A program made the position numbers and the translations under genes. From the NCBI GenBank assembly GCA_041697335.1, contig JBGUGD010000041.1:1-28228 (forward strand): a DNA stretch of 28,228 bases, read 5' to 3'. Below are positions 17,640-27,627 of the stretch, piece by piece; the first letter of the stretch is position 1; the number at the start of each line of letters is the position of its first letter. Source of the DNA: Vampirovibrionaceae bacterium NZW_1234. Lineage in GTDB: Bacteria; Cyanobacteriota; Vampirovibrionia; Vampirovibrionales; JAGQHJ01. The notes beneath the pieces are model-generated. The model worked only from the letters and a program-made list of their open reading frames with translations, was not told the origin of the DNA and did no database searches.

Positions 17640-17984
17640 CTATTTCGAAACCGGCACCTTTGCTTTGGCCGATTTGGCAGGTTTGCCTTGCTCCAATTTC
17701 TGCAGGAGGGCGTTTACCTCAATACCCAAGTCTGACTTGAGGATTGATGCAATGCGGCTCCAGACGTTCTTGTCGCGCCATTCCCGGACACGACGCCAAC
17801 ATGTAGAGTAGGCGGCAATTTCACGCGGTAACTCTTTCCATTGACAATCGTGATGGTACATATACAGGATGCCGTTTAGCACAGCCCTGTCATTGGCCCG
17901 TGGTCGTCCGTTAGCATTAACGGGAGGGAGAAAATATTCAATTTTTTCCCAGGTCTCATCCGTGAGAGGTGCGTACATACTCAT
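17640..17984 (-). CDS. IS5-family transposase N-terminal (DUF4096-like) domain protein lacking the DDE domain
   Basis: LTDETWEKIE..LP....GRPR.NDR.VLNGILY.....CQW..LP......TCWRR..EW....VW, followed by a Lys-rich tail. Confidence 0.75.
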   Translation of the reverse strand: MSMYAPLTDETWEKIEYFLPPVNANGRPRANDRAVLNGILYMYHHDCQWKELPREIAAYSTCWRRVREWRDKNVWSRIASILKSDLGIEVNALLQKLEQGKPAKSAKAKVPVSK

Positions 17985-18021
17985 TTACCTGTGATTACTA
18001 CCCAACTGGGTGATTGACTGA

Positions 18022-18039
18022 ATGTAACTTGTCCTACAT
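18022..18039. promoter_or_regulatory. Palindromic operator of TGTA-N8-TACA type (NtcA/Crp-Fnr-like)
   Basis: ATGTA-ACTTGTCC-TACAT, 37 nt upstream of ATG 17984. Confidence 0.35.
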
Positions 18040-18222
18040 CTCACATTAACAGCTTATTTGCAAGGCTTAAATTCCTCCTCTGACCTAGAGCCAAGGAGAC
18101 TTAAGAACTAGTTACTTGATGGTTCTTTGGGACTATTGGAATAGAGCCTTGCCTTTTGTCGAAGCGCTTCATGCCAAGCTCGAATTAAGGCACTACGCAG
18201 TATTCAAGTAAGTTGGAGAACG

Positions 18223-19323
18223 CTATACGTTAAACCGAAAGTAAACAACATCCCCGTCTTGCATCAAATAGTCGCGGCCCTCTTGCCGCATAAGGCCCTT
18301 TTCCTTGGCCTCTTTTTCGCCGCCGCTTTCCACATAATCGCTATATGAAATCACTTCAGCCCGAATAAAGCCTCGGGCAATATCGCTATGAATTTCGCCG
18401 GCGCATTCCTGGGCGGTCATCCCCTTTTTAAAGGGCCAAGCACGAGTTTCCTTGGGGCCTGCCGTCAGAAAGGTTTCTAATCCGAGAACGTCATAGGCGC
18501 CTTTAATCAGTTGGTCTACTCCGGAAGTTTCCACACCCAGGCTTTGCAAGTAATCGGCCTTTTCCTCAGGGCCAAGCTCGCCTAACTCCGCTTCTATTTG
18601 TGCAGAAATTGGAATGACATGGTGTCCACTTGCTTGGGCAAAGGCTTTTAAGGCTTTAAAATGAGAATTCTTCTCAGGGTTGGATAACTCATCCTCTTTG
18701 ACATTGGCCGCATAGAGTACAGGCTTGATAGACAGTAGATGGAATCCCCGGAAGATCTTCTTTTCGTCCTCGTTAAACTCGTTGATGTTCACCATGCGCC
18801 CTTCTGAAACCACCGGTAAGATGCGTTCCAAAAGTTCCGCTTCCATGACGATTTCTTTTACGCCCCCTTTGCGGTTCTTTTGCAAGCGGGCCAGGCGCTT
18901 TTCGATGGAATCGACATCGGCCAGCGCCAATTCCAGAGTAATGATTTCGGCATCTCGAACCGGGTCGACGCTGCCCTCGACATGAATGACATTTTCATCC
19001 TCAAAGCAGCGCACCACATGCACAATGGCATCCACTTCGCGAATGTTGGCCAAAAATTGGTTTCCCAGACCCGCACCTTGGCTGGCACCTTTGACCAGAC
19101 CGGCGATGTCGACAAACTCAAATATGGCCGGAATCGTTTCCTGGGAATTGTTTAAATCTCTCAGGGTAATCAGACGGGGATCGGGGACTTTGACAATCCC
19201 TTTGTTCGGTTCAATGGTGCAAAAAGGGTAGTTTGCGCTTTCTGCCTGGTAAGATGAGGTCAGGGCATTAAACAGGGTGGATTTGCCCACATTGGGCAGA
19301 CCGACGATTCCAGCTTGTAACAA
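18223..19323 (-). CDS. ychF: Ribosome-binding ATPase YchF
   Basis: GIVGLPNVGKSTLFNALT, NYPFCTIEPN, DIAGLVKGAS.G.GLGNQFL and C-terminal TGS domain; TTG start with SD AAGGAGG. Confidence 0.98.
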   Translation of the reverse strand: MLQAGIVGLPNVGKSTLFNALTSSYQAESANYPFCTIEPNKGIVKVPDPRLITLRDLNNSQETIPAIFEFVDIAGLVKGASQGAGLGNQFLANIREVDAIVHVVRCFEDENVIHVEGSVDPVRDAEIITLELALADVDSIEKRLARLQKNRKGGVKEIVMEAELLERILPVVSEGRMVNINEFNEDEKKIFRGFHLLSIKPVLYAANVKEDELSNPEKNSHFKALKAFAQASGHHVIPISAQIEAELGELGPEEKADYLQSLGVETSGVDQLIKGAYDVLGLETFLTAGPKETRAWPFKKGMTAQECAGEIHSDIARGFIRAEVISYSDYVESGGEKEAKEKGLMRQEGRDYLMQDGDVVYFRFNV

Positions 19324-19368
19324 GGGTGTTTGTCCTCCTTCAGGCAGTTAGGGTATGATGAACCAAGA

Positions 19369-19377
19369 TGCTATAAT
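19369..19377 (+). promoter_or_regulatory. Extended -10 promoter of the DUF429-like gene
   Basis: TGCTATAAT about 80 nt upstream of ATG 19460. Confidence 0.5.
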
Positions 19378-19459
19378 GGCAATGGCCGTAAACAGGATTC
19401 CTGTCCATCGCCGCCAAGCTGTCTGATGATAGCGGGTTTACGAAGGTAGTTCAAGACCA

Positions 19460-20218
19460 ATGCACCTAGAAGAAGATATCACAAATCAAATGAATCCAAA
19501 CCTGGGGTTGGCCCATCGCTTTGCAGCCGTGGACCTGGCACCAAACGAGCAGTTGGAGTCAGGGTTCAGTGCCATTGATCGGGAACGGGTTCTGGTGCGG
19601 ATGGATAAGCTCTACCGGGACACGGACATCATTATGGCGGTCGAAAGTTTGGGACCTGCCAATGGTACCATTGTCGTGGTGGATATGCCCAAGAGCCTCA
19701 GTATTCCAGGACGTTGGCGGCAGGAAGAAATCAAGATGCACGCCCTTCGCTTGAAACGTCAAAACGGCAGTTACACGGAACGTTACGAGGAACGGGGGCT
19801 TCGCCTTTATGATATTCTGGAAGAAGCGGGCGCCACGCCGTTTCTTTACTTCAACTACTGGACCCGCGTCAATTACGATATGCTGATTCCCTTTCGCAGC
19901 CGTTCGCCCCATGGGTGCCGTGCCTTGCAAAGTGCCATTGAGCATCAATTGGGTATCAAGAGTTTGCCGACCAATCTGGCTCCCAGCTCTGTATTGGAGT
20001 CTATGGTCGGGGCCTATGCCAGTTGGTCTGTTTGGGCGGGAACTCCGGGAACAGATTACGAAATTTTTCTGACCGACAGTGGCTATAAAGCTTTAATTCC
20101 TAAAGCTCGGCCACATATGGGGGAAGCTCGCCCTCGCAAAGTGCGTCGAAGCCGCCGGCAACTGCGCTGGATTTCCAGTCTGGCACTTAATAAAACGGAT
20201 AAAGATAAAGCGGATTAG
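19460..20218 (+). CDS. DUF429-like RNase H-fold protein (divergent) with basic C-terminal tail
   Basis: FAAVDLA....SG..., D.DII, IVVVDMP.SL and final helix VLESMVGAYAS resemble DUF429 (GIDLA..., AIDAPL, LDA..AA). Family call is from memory. Confidence 0.55.
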   Translation: MHLEEDITNQMNPNLGLAHRFAAVDLAPNEQLESGFSAIDRERVLVRMDKLYRDTDIIMAVESLGPANGTIVVVDMPKSLSIPGRWRQEEIKMHALRLKRQNGSYTERYEERGLRLYDILEEAGATPFLYFNYWTRVNYDMLIPFRSRSPHGCRALQSAIEHQLGIKSLPTNLAPSSVLESMVGAYASWSVWAGTPGTDYEIFLTDSGYKALIPKARPHMGEARPRKVRRSRRQLRWISSLALNKTDKDKAD

Positions 20219-20433
20219 TGTCGTGGTCAGCCTGTTAGATGTAAATATGTATCCCATGACAGTGGGAGTATAGATCGAGCGCTTATTGCTGTGGATCTGG
20301 CGGAAAAGCGCGCAGCCACCTTCGCAGGTTACTGATCGAAAGGCCGGCAGTGGATGTCCAGCGCCAGCCTTTTCGATTGGAAATCAGATTGGATAAAACA
20401 GAGTTCTGCTGCCTGCAGATGAGAAGAAACCCA

Positions 20434-20892
20434 CTAGGGGCTTTGGGTTTCGACGACCTCGACGCCTTCTTCCTCTTCTTCGGTGACGGTGACGTTCAAT
20501 TGGAAATCCTCGTCCTCATCACCTTCAGCTTCGGTGTCTGCTTCTTCAGGCAGGCCATCCTTACGGATGCTGCCGTGATTGTGTTTGCCGCCGTGGCTCA
20601 TTAACTTGGATTTATGCTTCTGGACGCTTCGTTCAATCTTGTCGACCAGTTTATCAATACTGGCATAAAGGTTCTCTGAGGCAGCTTCCACGCGAATAAC
20701 AGCGCCCGTCACATGGACGGTGGCTTCGGCAAGCTGGTTTGCCGAAATGCGTGGGTTTTTTTCTACTTCCAAAATGACATGGACTTCCAGGATAAAGTCG
20801 AAGTGCTTTTCCAGACGACTAACCTTTTGTTGAACATAGCTTTTAATGGCATCGGTTAGTTCAATATTCCGTCCATTGGTCACAATTTGCAT
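20434..20892 (-). CDS. hpf: Ribosome hibernation promoting factor (HPF/RaiA) with acidic tail
   Basis: GRNIELTDAIKSYV..K..RLEKHF, AEATV and NLYASIDKLVDKIER.V.KHK; SD GGGGAG. Confidence 0.92.
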   Translation of the reverse strand: MQIVTNGRNIELTDAIKSYVQQKVSRLEKHFDFILEVHVILEVEKNPRISANQLAEATVHVTGAVIRVEAASENLYASIDKLVDKIERSVQKHKSKLMSHGGKHNHGSIRKDGLPEEADTEAEGDEDEDFQLNVTVTEEEEEGVEVVETQSP

Positions 20893-21102
20893 GGTTGAAT
20901 CTCCCCGTAAGGCATTATTCTTGATGACGTCGTTTGGTGATTCAGTCTGACACTACGCCATACGTCACTTTAGACACTACAGAACAGACGCATGGATCAT
21001 GGTTATTATAGAGCGTCGCGGCGGGATTGGATATGCTCCATTTCATCGACTTTTTGAATGTCGTCCGTTATGACTCGGTTTAAGCTTTAAATAACTAGGT
21101 CT

Positions 21103-22483
<1,381 letters not shown>

Positions 22484-22539
22484 ATAGAACCGGGCGGGTA
22501 ATTTTTGAGACTCGGGTTGACCGGGTGTTTCCTGGACAA

Positions 22540-22836
22540 TCAGGGAGCCTCACTGTCAGAGGGGTCTAGGTGACCTGGGCTATTATAAACATCGGAAATG
22601 ACCGTGTAAAGCGTGGCTGCCAATTGTGCCGGAACGGCTTTTTGGGGGACCTCGACCACTTGAACCGTAATGGTATGGCGTCCCAAATCCAAGGTTAAGG
22701 TGTCGCCAGGCTTGACTTCGGCAGAGGGTTTGGCCACTTTGCCGTTAATTAAAACCCCACCACCGCTACTTAAGTCATTGGCCACGGTTCGGCGCTTAAT
22801 GAGTCGAGAAACCTTTAAATATTTGTCTAGTCGCAT
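22540..22836 (-). CDS. rqcP: S4-domain RNA-binding protein RqcP/YabO (ribosome quality control, Hsp15 family)
   Basis: MRLDKYLKVSRLIKRRTVA...INGKVAKPSAEVKPGD matches the B. subtilis YabO N-terminus; start set at ATG 22836. Confidence 0.85.
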   Translation of the reverse strand: MRLDKYLKVSRLIKRRTVANDLSSGGGVLINGKVAKPSAEVKPGDTLTLDLGRHTITVQVVEVPQKAVPAQLAATLYTVISDVYNSPGHLDPSDSEAP

Positions 22837-22942
22837 GGCTTCATTTTTTAAGGTTACGGTCGATAACCATTCTTGCGCAATTCGCAACATCGTAGCATAA
22901 TCATCTCATACTTGAGGTGTCTAGGAATTAAGGACGGGGCAT

Positions 22943-24232
22943 ATGAGCATACTGTATACAAAAGGTGCGGACCGCACAATGCTTGAATTCCATAATGAGA
23001 CGTTTTTGAACGCACAGCGCCAGCTAGATTATGTTGCTGAGATGATGAACCTGGATGCCGGGATTCATGAACGCTTGCGCTATCCTCGTAAAGCCTTGAT
23101 CGTATCGGTACCCATTAAGTTGGACAATGGGCATACCAAAGTTTTGGCCGGATACCGGGTGCAGCACGACCAAACCCTCGGACCGACCAAAGGCGGGATC
23201 CGCTTTCACCACGAAGTCAATTTAGGTGAAGTTGCGGCGCTGGCCATGTGGATGACCTGGAAGTGCGCCCTGTTAAACCTGCCTTACGGTGGGGCCAAGG
23301 GCGGTGTTTGCTGCTTTCCTGAAGAGATGAGTATCAACGAATTGGAACGGGTTGCCCGCCGTTATACCACCGAGATTCTCTCTATTATTGGCCCTGAAAA
23401 AGACATCCCTGCGCCGGATATGTATACCAATGAACAGATCATGGCCTGGATTATGGACACCTACAGTAACTTTGTCGGTTATGCGGTTCCGGGTGTCGTA
23501 ACCGGGAAGCCCATTAGCGTGGGTGGATCTTTGGGTCGCTTTGAAGCAACGGGCCGGGGTGTGGCTTACACCATTAAAAAGGCGCTTGAAAAGCTGAAAC
23601 TGGGCATTGATCAGCCCACCGTCGCCATTCAGGGCTTTGGCAACGTGGGAAGTATTTCTGCCAAGTACCTCCATCAAATGGGCTGCAAGATTGTTGCCAT
23701 TACCGATGTCCAAGGCGGTGTCTATAACGCCAATGGGATTGATGTTCCGAATCTCCTTGCCTATGCCAAAGAACGGGGCACCGTTATTGGCTTTGCCAAC
23801 TGCGACAAGATTGAAAACGATGAGCTTCTGTCCTTACCCGTCGATATTCTGGTACCGGCGGCCTTGGCGAACGTGATTACCGAGGCCAACGCCGATAAGA
23901 TCCAGTGTAAGATCCTGGCTGAAGGGGCTAATGGACCTGTGACACCGGAAGCAGACGAGATCATCAATCAAAAAGGCATTTTTGTGATTCCCGGGATTTT
24001 GGCCAACTCGGGTGGGGTTGTTGTGTCCTACTTCGAGTGGGTCCAAGGCATGCAGCATCTCTTCTGGAGCGAAGAAGAGGTTGTCCAAAAGCTTAACTAC
24101 CTCTTGGGGAAAGCATTTGAAGAAGTGTTTACGGTATACAGCGAAAAGAACGTGGATCCGCGTACGGCAGCCATGATGATTGGTGTGGGCCGTGTCGCTG
24201 CGGCCAAGTCACTTCGGGGCCTATATCCCTAG
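22943..24232 (+). CDS. gdhA: Glutamate dehydrogenase (Glu/Leu/Phe/Val dehydrogenase family)
   Basis: GYRVQH...GPTKGGIRFH, MTWKCA...LPYGGAKGG, DIPAPD, VTGKP, ATGRG, QGFGNVG, EGANGP and NSGGVVVSYFEW. Confidence 0.96.
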   Translation: MSILYTKGADRTMLEFHNETFLNAQRQLDYVAEMMNLDAGIHERLRYPRKALIVSVPIKLDNGHTKVLAGYRVQHDQTLGPTKGGIRFHHEVNLGEVAALAMWMTWKCALLNLPYGGAKGGVCCFPEEMSINELERVARRYTTEILSIIGPEKDIPAPDMYTNEQIMAWIMDTYSNFVGYAVPGVVTGKPISVGGSLGRFEATGRGVAYTIKKALEKLKLGIDQPTVAIQGFGNVGSISAKYLHQMGCKIVAITDVQGGVYNANGIDVPNLLAYAKERGTVIGFANCDKIENDELLSLPVDILVPAALANVITEANADKIQCKILAEGANGPVTPEADEIINQKGIFVIPGILANSGGVVVSYFEWVQGMQHLFWSEEEVVQKLNYLLGKAFEEVFTVYSEKNVDPRTAAMMIGVGRVAAAKSLRGLYP

Positions 24233-24359
24233 TTCAAACCGGAGTCGCTCAGCAGGAATATACGCCCTGTTGTTTGGCTGTCCGTATCGGCTGTGCACGA
24301 ACGGATGGGTTTGCGATATGATGATGGTCGAGCCATTGAGTCAGACCTGAGGATGTTGT

Positions 24360-24902
24360 GTGAAAAAACTGATTATTTCGGCCGTGGGCAAGGATCAGCC
24401 TGGTATTGTGGCCGCCTTTACCAAAATACTCTTTGAAACCGGTTGTAATGTGGAAGATACCAGTATGACGCTGTTGGAAGACCACTTTACCATGCTGTTT
24501 ATCGTTCATGCGCCCGCCACAATGACGGTTGAAAGTTTACGAGAGCGTCTGGAGTCTGTTTTGAAAGACTTTCGGTTGTTACTCGACATTCACACCATTG
24601 ATACCGAGGAAGAAAGCCCGACCAATGCAGGGGTACCCTGGATGATTTCCGTTTCCGGGCCTGATCAGACAGGGATTACCTTTCATGTCACGCAATACCT
24701 GGCTGCTCAGCGGATCAACATTCGCCATTTGTCCTCCAAGCGTCTGTCTCGTTCGGGGGGAGAAACGTTGTTTCTGATGGCCCTGGAAGTGGATGTGCCG
24801 TTGTCGGTGTCACCGGATGTTCTGCAGGCGGATATGCAGGCATTGGCTCGACAGGAACAGCTTGAAATTCATGCCGAGCCCCTCGAAGTTTATACCTTAT
24901 AG
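24360..24902 (+). CDS. Two-ACT-domain protein, GcvR-like
   Basis: IISAVGKDQPGIVA and ISVSGPDQTGI ACT signatures. Confidence 0.85.
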   Translation: MKKLIISAVGKDQPGIVAAFTKILFETGCNVEDTSMTLLEDHFTMLFIVHAPATMTVESLRERLESVLKDFRLLLDIHTIDTEEESPTNAGVPWMISVSGPDQTGITFHVTQYLAAQRINIRHLSSKRLSRSGGETLFLMALEVDVPLSVSPDVLQADMQALARQEQLEIHAEPLEVYTL

Positions 24903-24911
24903 TAGGCGGCT

Positions 24912-25427
24912 ATGACGGTTCGAGAGATTTTGCTATACCCTCATCCTGTCTTACGGGAAACGTGTCGGTCGTTAACTGCCCAAGAGATTGCGTCTGATGA
25001 AATTCAGACCCTAATCCAGGATATGATCGAAACCCTGTACCATTTCCCCGGTACTGTTGGTTTGGCCGCTTCTCAAGTGGGGGTGCCGGTGCAGATTATG
25101 GTGATTGATTCGACGGCTAAAACGACCAAAGACCGGTTAATGGTCCTTATTAACCCGGTTCTAACACAGCAGTCGCAGTGGAAATACTCTCGAGAAGGCT
25201 GTTTGAGTTTTCCGGAGTACTTGGTGACGGTCAAACGAGCTCGGAAAATCACGGCTGAGTGGCTTGACCCCAAAGGCCAGCTTCAAAGCGAAGCGTTTCG
25301 GGACTTTGAAGCGGTCATTATTCAGCATGAGCTGGATCATTTGCAGGGCATTCTCTTTATTGACCGGGTCAAAAACATGCAGACGGACCTGATCCTTCGG
25401 GCCTCGTTGGAGAAAGAGTCCGTTTAG
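24912..25427 (+). CDS. def: Peptide deformylase
   Basis: VGLAASQVG, EGCLS and QHELDHLQG motifs. Confidence 0.95.
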   Translation: MTVREILLYPHPVLRETCRSLTAQEIASDEIQTLIQDMIETLYHFPGTVGLAASQVGVPVQIMVIDSTAKTTKDRLMVLINPVLTQQSQWKYSREGCLSFPEYLVTVKRARKITAEWLDPKGQLQSEAFRDFEAVIIQHELDHLQGILFIDRVKNMQTDLILRASLEKESV

Positions 25428-25442
25428 AAATATTCTCCCGGT

Positions 25443-25470
25443 TTCCCTCCCCACGGGGCGGGGGATTTTT
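25443..25470 (+). terminator. Possible terminator after def
   Basis: C-rich/G-rich stem (TCCCTCCCC...GGGGCGGGGGA) followed by TTTTT. Confidence 0.45.
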
Positions 25471-25548
25471 AGGCGCAAGGCTTTCTTCAAAATCAGGCAA
25501 GATGGTATCTTAGTAAGGTAGGGTTTGCCTTATCGCAAGGAGCCGATA

Positions 25549-26841
25549 GTGCTTCGCAATGCCTTTGTGATTTCGGATATTCACCTGGGGGCTCACAACA
25601 GCCTTTTAACCGTCATCGACTATCATCCGGATACGGGGGAGGCCATTCATCGGCCATTGGCGAAGATAATCCTGGAGCGCCTTATTGCCGATGTCCGGGC
25701 AATAGCAGGGGGAGAACGGATTCAGCAGTGTATTTTGTTAGGGGATATTTTTGAGTTTTCCTTTGCCCAGTATGGGGTCGCCATGCAAAACGGCCGATGG
25801 TTCTTTAAAGCGCTGGTGGAGGCCGATTTATTTGATGAGTTTGTCTATATTCCAGGCAACCATGACCATCACCTGTGGCAGCAGTTGAGTGAAGCTCACT
25901 ATTTAATGAACCAGCTGGATGCCCCACCGGTCAAATACCCTCGGGCGTTGCCCCCAACCCAGCTGCTGCAGGATACGTTTCTGGATCAGTTGATGCCGGA
26001 AGGTCGCCGCTTTCTGGTGACGTATCCCAATTATGCTTTTTCCATCCAGGGGCGGTCGTTTTACCTGCATCATGGCCACTACCTCCAGAAGCTCTATTTG
26101 GCCGCATCGCAATTTCTGGAAAAGACCGTTGATACCAAGGATATCGATGATCTGGAGGCCTTGAATGCGCCTTTTCTGGAGTTTGGCTGGTACAACTTGG
26201 GGCAGGCCTATAATATCGGCAAGAAGAAGCTCCTGGACCGTCTGTATTTTATGTTGAAGAACAACGACACTGAAGAATTGGACGAGTTGATCGTTCAGCT
26301 TCTGAAGAAGGTCTTTAAGTGGTTAACCCGCTCTCAGCCGGGGGCGCGATGGGTGACTCGGTGGATTTTGAACCCGTTGATTCGGATGTTGGGGCCGGTG
26401 GTGATGAAGCAGGTGCTTCTTCGTCATCGTTCCGATGTGGTCAATGCCGTTCAGACAGCCAGCAGTGCTCGTCACAAGCGTCTGTCGCCAGAGGCCAGTC
26501 AGCCGGTATTGAATTACATTCAGAAGTATATGCTTCAGGGGCAGCCTTTCAGCCCCGATGCGGTTTTTATTTTCGGTCATACCCACGAGCCGGAAGAGGA
26601 TGTCCAGGTTCAGGATGACCAGCAACGGACCTATCATCTCTACAACACCGGGGGATGGGTAGTGGATCAGATCGATCCGGATGGCAACCTGGTGCTGCCT
26701 CAGATGGCGCCGCTTTATCTGGATGGTTCCGGGCAGATCCAGGTGGTACGGTTTACCCAGGAGCATGAAGCGTTGCTTCGGGAGCAGCTGTCTTCGGATC
26801 CTCAGTTTAAAGCCATTCAGGCTCAGCTTCTGGCGCTGTAA
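25549..26841 (+). CDS. Calcineurin-like metallophosphoesterase
   Basis: SDIHLG, LGDIFE, PGNHDH, HHGH, FGHTH and NTGGW motifs; GTG 25549 follows SD AAGGAG. Confidence 0.9.
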   Translation: MLRNAFVISDIHLGAHNSLLTVIDYHPDTGEAIHRPLAKIILERLIADVRAIAGGERIQQCILLGDIFEFSFAQYGVAMQNGRWFFKALVEADLFDEFVYIPGNHDHHLWQQLSEAHYLMNQLDAPPVKYPRALPPTQLLQDTFLDQLMPEGRRFLVTYPNYAFSIQGRSFYLHHGHYLQKLYLAASQFLEKTVDTKDIDDLEALNAPFLEFGWYNLGQAYNIGKKKLLDRLYFMLKNNDTEELDELIVQLLKKVFKWLTRSQPGARWVTRWILNPLIRMLGPVVMKQVLLRHRSDVVNAVQTASSARHKRLSPEASQPVLNYIQKYMLQGQPFSPDAVFIFGHTHEPEEDVQVQDDQQRTYHLYNTGGWVVDQIDPDGNLVLPQMAPLYLDGSGQIQVVRFTQEHEALLREQLSSDPQFKAIQAQLLAL

Positions 26842-27007
26842 CGAGACGGGTTCGTAATCATCAGCGAATCCTATTTGATGGGCTTTTGTTGGGTGGTTTT
26901 ATGTTTGTTGGGTTTGTCGAGGGGGGCCGGGCCCCTGATACCCCCGTTCAGAGGATGCTCGGGCGCCAGGGCTTGGCCATCGCCTTTTTTTGATTTTTAT
27001 TTTTTGA

Positions 27008-27345
27008 TATTTGACTCGTTTTTGCTCAGATTGGCTCACGTCGTTTGAGAGACAGCGAGGATGAGTAAGATGAGTAAAATCAAAAGGGTTATTTTTACTC
27101 GTTTTTACTCAGGTTTGCTCACGTGGTTTGGAAAACCTGGGGTGAGGAAAAATGACATGGGTGTTTTTGCTCATTTTTACTCACATTTACTCATTTCTTC
27201 GGGATGTTTCGTGGTTTGCTGGTGTTGACTCCTGTTTGAGTATTTTTCGTGTGAATTTTGCTCAGTTTTACTCATTTTGGCTCACCGGTTATGCTGTTTC
27301 CTGGGTTTTTACTCGGATTTGCTCAACATGCCCTTTTGGGGCTCA
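27008..27345. repeat. Array of phased 10-bp degenerate direct repeats (consensus RTTTTTRCTC) in triplets, with inverted copies
   Basis: CTC cores at 27015/25/35, 27098/108/118, 27170/80/90, 27261/71/81 and 27312/22/42. Reverse copies TGAGTAA at 27062 and 27071. Confidence 0.85.
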
Positions 27346-27627
27346 CCGGCTCTATCCGATCACCGCTTTTTGCCATGGTGAAGACGTGATGCGGGATGAT
27401 TAGGTTGTCAATTCCGTAGCAGAACCGTTTTCGAGGATCGCAGGGGCTAGTTTTGTATTATATATTTATTATATGGTAAAAATACGCCAAAATGCCTTTA
27501 TTTACAAAAATTTAACGTTTTCTAGAGGCTGAACGTGAATGGTGCTTTGAATATTTAACGCAAGGTATTGCGAAAGAGCCATCAGGGCGCCTTTCGTGGT
27601 TGTTTTCTTGTTCGATTGGATGTCGGT

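Noticed and set aside
17640..17984. Active IS5 element
   Set aside because: No DDE domain or orfB, and no terminal inverted repeats or target duplication seen.
20893..21100. raiA-motif RNA upstream of hpf
   Set aside because: The predicted leader is only ~105 nt and no recognisable conserved structure is visible.
27008..27345. CRISPR array (30-bp repeat blocks separated by unique sequence)
   Set aside because: Blocks are degenerate and internally periodic, gaps vary from about 20 to 60 bp, and no cas genes are present.
27152..27403. 83-aa hydrophobic ORF
   Set aside because: It is a by-product of the T-rich repeat array; a 10-bp period is incompatible with a coding repeat.
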